A DNA stretch of 64,000 nucleotides from TPA_inf: Saccharomyces (Eukaryota), in the NCBI GenBank assembly GCA_000146045.2, contig BK006947.3, forward strand, positions 720,334-784,333. Direction: 5' to 3'. Made by a program: the position numbers and the translations under genes. The notes beneath the pieces were generated by a model that did not search any database, had not been told where the DNA came from, and was given only the letters and a program-made list of their open reading frames with translations. Below, piece after piece: positions 33,392 to 45,041 of the stretch. Every line of letters begins with the position of its first letter. The stretch's first letter is position 1.

Positions 33392-34702
33392 TTAGATACT
33401 ATAAAAAGGGTTCTGGAGCGAACATCTTTCAGGCCTAGTGATATCACAAGGGAATGAATCTGCATTTTCCTCGTCAACCACTTTCAAATTTGACCATGTG
33501 AGGCCGTTATCAACAGATATTTTAGTTTCATATCTGGCTATCTTTTTATTATATTTTCCTTTGTTATGAGAGTAGTCAAAGGAAGGATGAAACGAGCCAA
33601 TTATTGTTCCTTCTAAGAAATGAGGAGAAGCAATATCAATATAACCAAAGTGAGGATTTATTGTCCATTCAACAGGTAAAAATTTCAACCCTTGAGAATC
33701 TGATATTAAAATTTCTGAGGGAGCTGGTTGGTCGTTTTTTTCATCTGTGAATATCGTAGATATAGGAATGATTATTCTTCCAATAGAATCTTCATAAATT
33801 CCATACATATGGACGTGCCGTACTTGAGCAGGTAGACGTGCCTTTTGAAAAGTAGACGCATCATTGGATATCCAGATGTCCATGGGTGACATTTCATTGT
33901 ATCTATCATCTTGTGTCGAAACGATTATATGTGATTTTAATATCTTGTATTGATAAATAATTTTATCATTAAACTCATCAAATTTTTTGAAAGTTTTACC
34001 TCCATCAGTACTTAAGGCTAATTGTGTATATGCGGCACTTAAGTGACGATCGCTATCGTAACCATGGTTCGAGAACAAACATAGTATCGAAGCGTCGTTA
34101 CCCTCAATATCAGAATCCTTGCTAGATTTGACAAAGTTGCAGCTTGAACTTGTTATATGGTCATCTTCTTTCTTTTTCAAGGAAGGTTCGATATTGTAAA
34201 AGGATTCCCCATCGTTGGTAAAGTAAGTTTCATTTTGTATTTGGATATAACCATTGTCGTTTATAAAGCAAGGGCAATCTGCAATAAGGTACTTTTTATC
34301 TGTCGGATGGGTAGCTATAGAGCAAGAAGTACCCAAACGACAGTTTTCAGAGACGGGTATAGTCAGAGCCCTCCATGATTTTCCACGATCATCGGTGACG
34401 TAAAATTTGGGTGATAAATGTATCGAAACAAAAGCCCTGTCCTGTCCATGCAAAGGATCAACAATTAATTCGAGAATATGCCCTTCAATTTCTTTGACCG
34501 CTTCCCAATTTTCTCCAGAATCGGAACTTATCCACACGACTTGATTATCTAATCTGATTAAACTGTTGGAATCGTCAAAGCTCTCTAGACTAAATGAATA
34601 TTCTGAAAGAGTCTCCGTTACTTTGGGGACGAATTCCTCTGCATTGAGTAACGGAATAAAGAGACATGTCCAAATCGTGCATATGACTTGGAGTAATATC
34701 AT
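33392..34702 (-). CDS. YNR066C: N-terminal part of the same Vps10-family receptor (signal peptide plus first VPS10-domain repeats), 436 aa.
   Basis: The track ORF starts at a TTG; the first ATG at 34700-34702 gives MILLQVICTIWTCLFIPLLNA (signal peptide). It ends at TAA 33392-33394, in the same frame and only 8 codons from the YNR065C ATG. Confidence 0.8.
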   Translation of the reverse strand: MILLQVICTIWTCLFIPLLNAEEFVPKVTETLSEYSFSLESFDDSNSLIRLDNQVVWISSDSGENWEAVKEIEGHILELIVDPLHGQDRAFVSIHLSPKFYVTDDRGKSWRALTIPVSENCRLGTSCSIATHPTDKKYLIADCPCFINDNGYIQIQNETYFTNDGESFYNIEPSLKKKEDDHITSSSCNFVKSSKDSDIEGNDASILCLFSNHGYDSDRHLSAAYTQLALSTDGGKTFKKFDEFNDKIIYQYKILKSHIIVSTQDDRYNEMSPMDIWISNDASTFQKARLPAQVRHVHMYGIYEDSIGRIIIPISTIFTDEKNDQPAPSEILISDSQGLKFLPVEWTINPHFGYIDIASPHFLEGTIIGSFHPSFDYSHNKGKYNKKIARYETKISVDNGLTWSNLKVVDEENADSFPCDITRPERCSLQNPFYSI

Positions 34703-35412
34703 AATTGAGGATCTCTTACCTTTTCTTAGTTCAAAGCTTTTTTTCAAAGCTCGGAACTTTATGCTACGATTCAATGACTAAAAAAAAGGTAGCGGATAAT
34801 CTTTTGGTTGCAAATTGGCGGCATTTAAATATATTTTGGGTTGCAAATATTCTAAAAATATTCTCATAATATTCTAAAAATATCTAGCCTAGGTAATTGC
34901 AATTATTTTGAGTCTGGTTATTTTGAGTTGACCATGTTCACTTCCTTTTCAGTCATCAAGACAACGTGTTTACCATCTAATGGGGAATCAAACAGATAAA
35001 ACTAGAAACTGAGCAAAAATACTTTGATTTGCTAATGTCGCCAGTAGTACGATAATACTATAAAGATATGCTGTTGAAGCTGATATTTAAAGAATGAGAA
35101 TCTCTAAGGGATCATAGTCTAGAATGGTATTCTGCAAAACAAATTTTAAATGGTGAAAACTTTTCCTCACTATGTCCAATTGATGCTTCTTAGGATGACG
35201 TTAGAATTTTATTTTAGTGCAGGCATTACCTTGCTAAGTTCATTCATTAAAGTACTAATATACCTCTTACTGGCATGCATTTACCTAAGTGGTCTCCGTT
35301 AGCCGTGGTCTTTTCGAACGCAACAACTTTCAAGTTAAGTAAAAATGATTTATTCTATAAAATATGTATGTAGTGGGAAAGACTCGACAGACCTGCTTGC
35401 CAAGTTCTCTTT

Positions 35413-38400
35413 CTAAGCAATTGAGTTGGCCAGTCCCCCTGAAAATGCTAATGCCCATGTGCGACTCATTCCGTTATCCAAATATGTGGATGAATCAAAA
35501 GTTGAATCACTGAAAAATGCATACGAATCTACTGGGTCGAAGAGTGCTTGATTCAGCTTCAATATGCCTGTCCAGCCGCTTTCTATCGATTCAATAATTG
35601 GCTCGATTTTAGTCTGCCATTCTTCTTCGACGAAAGTCTCAGAACGAATATTAGAAGAAACTGGTGTGATAGGTAGCATATGAATACCGTGGATATATTC
35701 TGTGTTTGTTCCAAAATAAGTAGTATAATCGATAATATTATCGAATAAAATACCACTCACTTTATTTCCTATGATTTCTTCAGGCTCAACTGTGTTGTCA
35801 TTTTGATAATAGAAATAGTCGTTCATTGCATCCTTCATTATACTAATCATCAAGTCACCCCTCAATTCCATTGACTGGTCACCGATAGTGGCCCCCCATA
35901 ACTTCATAGCATAGGCAAAATTGTAATCTTCACTACTACTTTCTTCGTTCTTACCGTTACCGTTTTCATAAAGTCCAGCTGCCCATGAATGACCGTTGAA
36001 CCAATCAAACATTCTCGATTGTGCAAAGTATTCATCTTTTTCAGATGGATTTGCGACATCTCTTACCAATGAATTGACCCAATCTTTATTGTCGGCAGCC
36101 CAAGTACCATTCAGTTTAGAGTCAACATAGCCGATGACAGCAGCTGCATGAATAATGTAACCATAATGGAAATGATGGTCATTGTAATAAGTGTTACCAA
36201 AATCGTATTGCGTGCTGGTGGAACCCCAATCTCCTGAACTGACCAAACCGTTGAACTTTGTGTCGTAAATTAGTGGATACGTCTGTTCATTTTGTAGCAG
36301 AATATCAAAGGCCGATTTGATGTTTTCCAAAGTACTCTTAGTACTGGCTTCATCTTGGATGATTTCGGAGACCGTTAATAGAATGTAAGAATACTTATCG
36401 ATAACTTTACCCAAATAATATGTGTTTAACCCGCTTATACTTTCGGAAATACTAACCTGTAATTCGGAATTGGCAACTTCAGCTAATAATTGCAATTGTT
36501 CTTTAGAATACTCTAAAAGGTTTGAGCCAAGTTGAGAAGACCATGGTAACCAAGATATTTGTCTGTTTAGAGATGTGGAAAATTGTAGGCTCGTTGTTAG
36601 ATAACCGTTCATTACACCCTTAGTTGTAGAAGCGAGTTGAATGCCGGTATAGTAGTCTTGCATTATATCACTAAATGAAGATTCATGATGGGGCAAGGCA
36701 AAAATCATTGTGCTACCTGATGCCGACTCACCTTGGGTGGTATAAGAAAATTCATAGGTAGCTGTAGAACCGTCAGAGACACCCTGCAGCTTGAAATTAG
36801 TAACGTACATACCTGCGGCTTGATCATAAAAGACCTCGTAATCAGTTTCAGAAGGTGCGACGGCCAATTGAATGATAAGACCATCAACACTAGCGCTTGC
36901 TTTAATTTCATATTCTGAGCTCACCTCCAATGAAAAGTCCGTTGAGGTTAAATCGTCTGGTCCTATCACGTAACATAACCAAGTGACTCCATTCAAAAGG
37001 GTGATACGATATTTGAGAATACCCTGAGCTAAATTGCTTGATGATTCAGAAACAATGGTATTGAATCCGACGCTGGAACCAATCTTGGCATTTAAAGATC
37101 CATGATATATACCAGTTGCAAATCCCATACCTTGAACCAAAGGTATTTCCAGGTAGTTCGAAGAATCATTGGATTCTGATAGCACTACCCTTGTTGAAGA
37201 CAAGGTCATTTCATCAACTTGCATAGTCATACTTGAATCAAAATTCGAAGCTGAGAAAACAACATGAGCAATTCCCAAAGGATTGACCAAATATTCTGCA
37301 TTACCGGAACTGTCATAACCACCGTAGCTATATTGATCTACTGTTGTATGTTGAACAGCAAAACCATATGAACTCGAGGTGTACTTCCACAATGAATAAG
37401 GATACACAAAGGCAGGTGATTCCTGACTACCAACAATCAAATTTGTATAAAACTTGTTTGTTTGAATGGGACCATCGTTTGACACCCCATCAGCCAATGA
37501 CATAGGATTTGGTGATCTGTCAAAAACAGTTGGTGGTTCATCTGTCGAAACAGCATTGAAAAGATTGACAATGGTCGTTGTTGAAGAGTTCTCCGTTGTG
37601 GTAGCGGTGCTACTGGTCGAGGTTGACAGAGAAGAGGAGGAAGTTTTTGTTTGTCTCGAAGATGAGGACGAAGAGATGGTAGCTTGCATTGAAGAAGATA
37701 CATAAATGGTATCTAATGTCGAAGAAACCGGAGAGGAAGAAGAATCTACTGTTGAAAATAGTGATGACAAAAGAATGTTTCCTGTTGAACTCGATGGATA
37801 AACTGGACTAACAGTCGATGATAGTGATGGTGATGGTGAAGAACCGTTTTCTGTAATGTTTGAAGGGTAAATTGGACTAGTTGTCGAATATAGTGATACA
37901 GATGGAGAAAGAGTGATTTGTGTCCTATTAGATGGGTAAGCAGGGCTTGCTGTTGTAGATGCGAGCGTCTGGACTAAATCCTGGGTTGAGTTGGATGGAT
38001 AGAACAAAGTCGAGGAAGCAGGAGTTGAAGCAATGAAGGAATCTTCGCCGGTAGCTGTAGCTGCATTTGTCCTTACTGAAATAGTATATATCGTTTTATT
38101 CGAGGTCAATGAAGAAGGAATAATTTTTGTTTCTTGGGAAGAATAGGAAGGCATTTGAGTTACCAGTGGATCGATTGTACCTTTTGAAACAGAAGTCAAT
38201 AAAGTTCCATTTAATTGTGTCCCCGAAATAGATAAAGATGAAGAAAATAAAGTCGAAGTCGAAGTCGAAGCAGTTTGAGATAATAATGTGGTGACTTTAC
38301 GCATTGTTGATGCACTTGGCATGACTGAGGCGACGCCGGAAACCGAACTCAAATTGTGTACTGAACTTTTGCTTTTCGAATTATCATTTGCGTAAATATT

Positions 38401-38766
38401 TGAAACAGTGACAGGATCATTATTGGTTTGTGCGCTTATTTTTTGAGATACTTGGCTTGCGTAGTTTGATAACGACAATGACAGTTGAACTGCTGTTCTT
38501 GTATTAGAATCACTGTCTTGTGAATTAATTGGAGATGCGCTCACTCTATTTTTTGGCGAAACTGAGAGAGGGCTATGAGAAGCTGCAGATACTCTTGTTA
38601 CAACCACCGATTGTGCAACATAAGGCTCACCTACTGTCAAAGTAGCGTAAGATAAAGTTTCAATTAAATCAGTTTCCAATATTTCGTCTGCATTATTCGA
38701 TATGAAACTTATATATGAACATTCGACGAAACTTAATAGAAAAAGAAGTGTCAGATATAATTGCAT
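35413..38766 (-). CDS. DSE4: Dse4/Eng1 GH81 endo-1,3-beta-glucanase (daughter-cell septum), 1117 aa. Signal peptide, long Ser/Thr-rich tract, C-terminal GH81 domain.
   Basis: ATG verified. The S/T-rich low-complexity region spans roughly plus 37560-38590; the C-terminal catalytic region is typical of GH81. Confidence 0.85.
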
Positions 38767-39733
38767 ACTAGCTGTTTTTTTGTTTTCTTTTCTGTATGCA
38801 GACCGTTACTATGGTTATCTACTTGTTGAAACAAGCACAAGAAACATACTTGATATTCATTTTTGAAACAAATTGCACCAAGTATTTATATGTAGTCCTT
38901 TACCCTCGCTTGTAGTCTTCGTATGGTGTATATGCTTTGCTACTCTTTTCATACCCAGCTCTTATTTTTAACTTTTTGGGTTCAGCTTTATGATTAACTA
39001 GTTTTTCCTTGGTAACCAAATTGGGAGATTTCGTGCCTTTTCTGCTGGCTTTCATAACAAAATATAGCCGAAAAGAGCTTAGCGCAGCTGAACTCGGTAA
39101 CAAGGTTCAGGTAAAAAGGGGAGAAAAAAAGAAAAGAAAGCCAGATCTTTCAAAAATATGCCAGCAAATACCAAATTGGTCATAAAATAGCTAGCACTCC
39201 GCTATCGAGCAAGTTCTCTTGGCAAGCAGGCTTATTCTATTCTTTTGCTGAAGGAAAGGCCAGTTCTATGCTTATAACCTTAAGTAGGAAACATATGCGC
39301 AGCTTACAGCGCATAAAATTGATGGCAACCCATTTAGTGGTACTATTCCTGCGTTATTACTAGTATGGTCGCTTTAAAGAGTGGTAAGATTTCACATTTT
39401 CAAATCTAAAAAGCAAAGTTTATCACTTGAAATGTACCTCTCTGTGGGCTTTCACTACCTTGTACATTTTCTTAGCAGTTCCGTACATTTTTTTAAACAA
39501 TGAAAATTCAAAGTTCTATGTATAGAGATTATTTAGGTTTTTAGTACTTAAAGTATTTTGAGAATACCTTGGCAAACGCAGAACAATCGTAAAAGAGATT
39601 GCTACTGCGCACTGTTTCCTTGCTTTATCACTTTCAGTTCTGCAAGAACTAAGGTGTTTATCAGTAATGATACTGTAATATCAATAGCGATAAAAACTTC
39701 GTCAGTGAAACCATTCTTTTTAACAGCCATCTA

Positions 39734-40552
39734 TCAAATAAAAGAGTTTTTAACTTGAACTGGGATATCAATTTCAGCAGATCCAACACCTTTATCAAAA
39801 TGAAGTTTTACGCGGAGGAAATATGACCTCGAGCATAAACAACTTTCAAAACTTGGCACTATGGTAGCTTTAAAATCATCATTATATTTTATATTCAATA
39901 ACAGTGTTCTCTTATACTCAGTTGAACTGACCTGATTCCATTCATTTGATTTCCGATGTGAAAGTACCGAATGGTGATAGTTTGATGGGGAGGTTTTTTT
40001 ATTCCTAGAAGTTCGAGGAATTATGCTGGATATAGGAGAAGAAGCAACAGGCACACTTTTCTCTCCAACCAACTTCGTTTTCAACGCATTTTTCATGACA
40101 ACAACATTGGCTTCCATATTGGCTAAAACCTGTACGTCCTTAATTATACTCGAAGGCATTAAATCAGAAAAATCGAGCGATCTATTACGCAGGCTAGCTC
40201 TTGCGTCATCGGCAAGAAGTAAGTTTATTTTTGTTTGATTTTTAGTGAACTCATCGCGATATGCTTCAATGTTTTCCAAAATTTCCTTAAATATTTTCTT
40301 AATTTCATTGTATTTGTGCTTCTTTAAAAGTAAATCACTGTGGAACCTCACTGGTTTGCAATCTTTTGTGTTCGTTGTTAAGCAAATCAATTCCGTCTCC
40401 AGACTACTGATTTCCGGTGGGTCATGTGGAATACTATTAGCAGCTTGCATACATACTAGTTCAAGCCGTAAATTTTCTAGTTTTTCTCTCTCTTCAACGG
40501 ACAATAGACCTCTTAAATTAGTCCAGTTCTTTTGATTCTGCCTGTTTCTCAT
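39734..40552 (-). CDS. YNR068C: C-terminal part of a Bul1/Bul2-like (arrestin-related Rsp5-adaptor) protein, 272 aa from the first ATG.
   Basis: The track ORF starts at a GTG (plus 40715-40717, cac). The first ATG at 40550-40552 gives MRNRQNQKNW.... The reading frame stays open upstream to the BSC5 stop. Confidence 0.75.
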   Translation of the reverse strand: MRNRQNQKNWTNLRGLLSVEEREKLENLRLELVCMQAANSIPHDPPEISSLETELICLTTNTKDCKPVRFHSDLLLKKHKYNEIKKIFKEILENIEAYRDEFTKNQTKINLLLADDARASLRNRSLDFSDLMPSSIIKDVQVLANMEANVVVMKNALKTKLVGEKSVPVASSPISSIIPRTSRNKKTSPSNYHHSVLSHRKSNEWNQVSSTEYKRTLLLNIKYNDDFKATIVPSFESCLCSRSYFLRVKLHFDKGVGSAEIDIPVQVKNSFI

Positions 40553-40789
40553 TGAAAATACATTTTGTTTTTGAATTAGATTTGGACACCAATATGGCAA
40601 AGCATTACTAGGGGGCTTTATTTTTATTGTTATAAGCCCAATTTTCTCTGAGTTAGTCTTTGAAGTGGGATCATCTGGTTGAGATGAAGGAATATTACGC
40701 ACACTTTTGAGAAACACATTTTTCAGACCTGTGTTGAAGAGAGATGCTATAGAGTAAGTAATTTCAGTTTGAATTTTATCTTCTTCAGA

Positions 40790-42259
40790 CTAGTGTTTCT
40801 TTTTAAGTGTTCCGTTTTCAGTATTTCCAGCTACCGCGTTCCATTCATACTTACCTCTTAGGGGTGATAGTTGATCAGAGCGATTCGCCTCCTGTATGTC
40901 CTCCTTATGAATGGGAATCGCTCGCTCTATTTTAGAAAAGACTTTTTCGATCATTCCAAGCCTGTTTGCAATTTCAATATCGAAATCCTCTAAGTCTTTG
41001 AGGCACTTCTCCCTACTAATTGGATTGTTTTGAAAGCCAAATGGAACTATCCTTATGCTATACTTTTTTTCACTCATTAAACAAACACGCCCAGAAGCTA
41101 CGTCTTTGCCTACTATCATAGCATTTATTGAGTAATTTATTAAGCTGCCACTAGAACTGTCGTTTAACCATAGTGAGGAACCTCTTTCTGACAAACGACC
41201 ATAACCTAAACTCTCCGAAAATTTTAGAGTAGAAAGCTCTGGATGAGAACTCGATGGTCTATCAAACCCTAATGTAGGGGGCAAAAGAGAGTGAGAGAAG
41301 TGACCGTGCTTACAGGTTACGTCTAATAACTGGTTCGGAATTTTAAAAGTGAAAAATTTCTTACGTTTATCACCTGGATTTAGTATCCTGCTATTCGGTA
41401 ATCCAAAGCTTGTTTTATCAATGGAGTCAAAAAATCCACAAAGGTCTTCCCCCGTGTTCACGTCTTCATGATTATATGACCAACTCGCTGCCATATCTAC
41501 CATTCTCAAAATTCTTTCTGTCGTTTTTTGGATTCCAAAGGGTGACTGTGTTTTTGAACTTGTCGTACCTTCCAAAGTTAAATAAAACATATCGAATTTT
41601 ATAGGTTTGGTTGATTTGTTTTCTACAGTGAAATAACCGTGAATTATATCCCCAGAGGTGTATTCCCTTAGCATGCTCTCGTGTTTAGGAAGCTGTCCAA
41701 ATTTTGGAGCCGTCTTTGTGACGTACAATTCAGTCGCTATGGGGGTTTTAATCCTAGGCAATGCGTATATATTCTCAACTGGGATACCTTTAGTATCATC
41801 ATAATTACGAATTTGAGACTCAGCAGGGCCGGAAGCAAACCGGCGGCCATCAACAGTCACTTCATGATTATCTGGGCCAACGATATCACCGGTAAGAATC
41901 CGCATATCATTCCCAGACTCACCTTCCGAAGGAATACTCTGATTTCGGGAAGCAACCTCATAAAAAGGTGGATTCTCCGGAAAGTATGTATCGAAACTAG
42001 ATTGAGGTATATTGCTGAGCAAATTTTCATACATTTCGAATGACGGCAATAGTTCTGGAAGGACAAAGTCATCTTCCTGAACATTCGTTATGCTCGAGCA
42101 GTGATCTCCATTATTGCATGCGAAAGCGTCTTCTTCCTTTCCTTGGGATGTTCCACATCTCGGTTCCTCGAAGGAGGTTCCTCCAAAGAGTGTGGATGAA
42201 GATGAAGATATTCTTTGACAACCTTCAAATTTATTTTGTGGTTCTTTTGATTCTTGCAT
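40790..42259 (-). CDS. BSC5: N-terminal part of the same Bul1/Bul2-like protein, 489 aa, ending at TAG.
   Basis: ATG verified; contains a PPxY-like motif (PPFY). The stop TAG (plus 40790-40792) is followed by 79 in-frame sense codons (24 to the track's GTG start at 40717, then 55 more) before the YNR068C ATG at 40552. Confidence 0.8.
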   Translation of the reverse strand: MQESKEPQNKFEGCQRISSSSSTLFGGTSFEEPRCGTSQGKEEDAFACNNGDHCSSITNVQEDDFVLPELLPSFEMYENLLSNIPQSSFDTYFPENPPFYEVASRNQSIPSEGESGNDMRILTGDIVGPDNHEVTVDGRRFASGPAESQIRNYDDTKGIPVENIYALPRIKTPIATELYVTKTAPKFGQLPKHESMLREYTSGDIIHGYFTVENKSTKPIKFDMFYLTLEGTTSSKTQSPFGIQKTTERILRMVDMAASWSYNHEDVNTGEDLCGFFDSIDKTSFGLPNSRILNPGDKRKKFFTFKIPNQLLDVTCKHGHFSHSLLPPTLGFDRPSSSHPELSTLKFSESLGYGRLSERGSSLWLNDSSSGSLINYSINAMIVGKDVASGRVCLMSEKKYSIRIVPFGFQNNPISREKCLKDLEDFDIEIANRLGMIEKVFSKIERAIPIHKEDIQEANRSDQLSPLRGKYEWNAVAGNTENGTLKKKH

Positions 42260-45041
42260 AAAGAAAAAACTTGATTATTCTTTAGTCTTCCAGACCAGCG
42301 AGGCTATTTAGTTCTATTAGATTGATATACCAAAGCGACTATGGAGCAAGTTTTACAATATCTGTATGATTGGCTGTAAATGCAAAACTAATTGTAGTAA
42401 ACCAACAAGTGCTATGCTCTTTAATCAAGGGAAGCATTTAAGAAGTGATGTGATCATATTTTGTACAATTGGAATTGCTTCCCTTCTATAAGTGTGAATT
42501 ATTGTTCATATCTTCCAAGGAAATCATTTAAATGGCATTGCTTATCTACTGAACATTTAGTAAGCAAAAGTGAAATTTCTAGGGGACTGTTCGCTAAAGC
42601 TGTGCGCGGTCTAAAGAAAGCGGTAAAGATAGATAGCATCTAGTCCAATGAGACGAGAAAATATATAGATGACTCATAGAAGATAAAGTAGTCCTAAAGA
42701 ATAGTGGTGCATCTTCTTTAAGCCTCACTCATTCTCGCTTATTCTTTCGTATATTTGCACAATAGGTACGCTTGTCATTATGTAGATTCTCAATACTTGA
42801 TTTAAGCAGACAATAACAATTTCCAAACGGAGACTTTTTTTTCCATGACATTCTAGAATTTGCACATTTTGGCACCTCTGAAAAGATTGCGGATGATAGC
42901 GTCGTTCGCGAATCCCATTGATTCTATGAAGCCGCATCCAGGGTCTAAATTATTGCGCACGTTTTTCGGTGTGGTACACACTTTAGTCAATTGTGTTGTA
43001 AAAATCGATTGTTGAAGATGCCACCTAATGTGGTCGCTTTCTCATGAAAATTGATGGCGAAGGTTTAACCTCCCAATTCTGTTGTTTGCAGACATTCATT
43101 AGACCAAGGTATTACTGACGGGCTATATGCGGTTAGCCGGTCATTGTAGTTTCACTTCTAAAGTGTACAGTAACGTTTTGAAAGTTTCCTTTCTCAAATT
43201 GTCTATCGTACTAACATTGCATCAACAAATCGTGTTCGAACCGCCCAAACTCTCACTTCTGCGGTATGGTTTTTTTAGCTTGGTGTCATAAACTTGTCCA
43301 TTAGACAAGCAAGGTCATTGCGGATTCAGCTAAATATGGGAAATAAAACAAATTTTTAGGGCTAGGGCAATTGTTCCTTGGGAGCAAAAAATTAGGGCCC
43401 GGATATAGTCTTGCACAAGCTGTACAGTTGCTTATATGACGGCAGACGGTATTTATGTAAGCACCTTAGTAAAATAACTTTGTATGAGACATTCCTGGGC
43501 CGTAATATGATAGCTTTTAGCTTGTGAATGATGGCACCCACATCCTGTCTAAATAATTTTAATCTCGCACGCCGTTCTAGCTTGTGGTCGTGGTTTGTCT
43601 TGTTCAAAACGTAAAGCAATTCCCTCGCGTAAAAGTCTTGATAAACGCCCTTTCGCTGCAAAAGACCCACGCTTTTGCTATTTGATTTTTCTTGATAGTT
43701 TGACAATTCAATAAGTTTATAGTTTGATTTATCCTTTCAATTTTACACTTGTTAATGACATACTGAGAGCTCATTGGATGGAAGAAAGCATAAACGTAAA
43801 TCAGGGTCCTGAGTGTCTGGGTGCTGTCTACGTTAGTACTATTCGGCTGCATTATATTCCCAATTCACAAATAAATTAGGCTCATAACCGTAATTTTATT
43901 CGAGACATTTTTGGTTACTTCAAAATATTGTTATTATATAAAGATCATATAAAGTTCTTGGACAAGATTGGATACATTTAGTTTTATTTTTGAAAATCAC
44001 AAAGATGAAACAAAATAAAAAATGTCAGCGTGCCGCATTGAAAGGTAAAAACTAAAATTAATGAACTTTTCTAATAAAGATGAAAGGGAGAAAACAGTAT
44101 ACATTGTAGCAGAGCGTTTAGAAGGAGTACTCAGAAAGTTCTAAAAAGGCCTTATTTCAAACTCATGAAGAAAAAAAATTTCCATGAATGAATGATTGTA
44201 TGATTGTATTGGCATGTAATATCTGCAGGATCCACTCAATCTTGAAAAGATACTGTAGAGGAATACCCGAACAACAAATAAATCATGTTACAACTCTTTG
44301 ACGGCGAAGGGTGTGGCTACCGTGCTGCAACATTTTAGTTACTGCTGGTACATTAAAATTGGGAAGATGTCCAAGAGAAGAACATGTTCTGCTATCGAAT
44401 CTCTCACGATATATATATATATATATTTATATGACTCACCTGGTAAAACATCTATGTTTCGTTTCATATGAGGGCTTAGGTACCATTCTTTTAGAGTTAA
44501 GATCTCTTATTGTGGAAAAAAGAAGTTGAACGTGATTTCATTTGTTTATTGTGCTAGTGGCTGGAAATATGAAAACTTTTGCTCTTGCAACGTACCTTTT
44601 TACTTAATGTCTTATATTTGAACACTGCTATCCCAGCTACACAACGCATTTTCTGAAGGAAGAGAGTTTAGAAGAAACCTTTCTCTGTCCATCGCTATAA
44701 TCAGCCGTTTCTTTTTCGCTTCCTTACGAAGTAAAGGGTGTCCCTTTATAACGTAAGCGTCCAAAATGCAGTTATTAATATACTCCATTGCACGCAAAGA
44801 AATTTCAAGGAAAGTATCCGGGAATTCTGATATTTTACACTTGCACTAATATACTCTTATTAGAAGTAGTGATGGTAGACCTCAAATCAATCTAAACATA
44901 ATGGATTTCCATACTGTTAAAGACGGCGATACGGAATTGAGGTGTCCTATTCCCGACACTTTTGATGCGTCAGCTATAATCAAATCTTATGTTAAATAAG
45001 CTTCTGAACAAGGGATTCATCTTCGTAAGGCAGGTGTAGCC

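Noticed and set aside
43208-43245. TACTAAC branchpoint-like heptamer (43208-43214) and a partial tRNA B-box GTTCGAACC (43237-43245).
   Set aside because: No upstream GTATGT 5' splice site and no A box or cloverleaf around the B-box. A 7-mer is expected by chance several times in 64 kb. Mentioned only as a possible isolated TFIIIC site.
43392-43852. Two overlapping minus-strand ORFs (104 and 82 aa) in the BSC5-PDR18 gap.
   Set aside because: No recognisable domain, basic/low-complexity composition, overlapping frames. Insufficient evidence to call a gene; kept only as part of the 'ORF-poor gap' finding.
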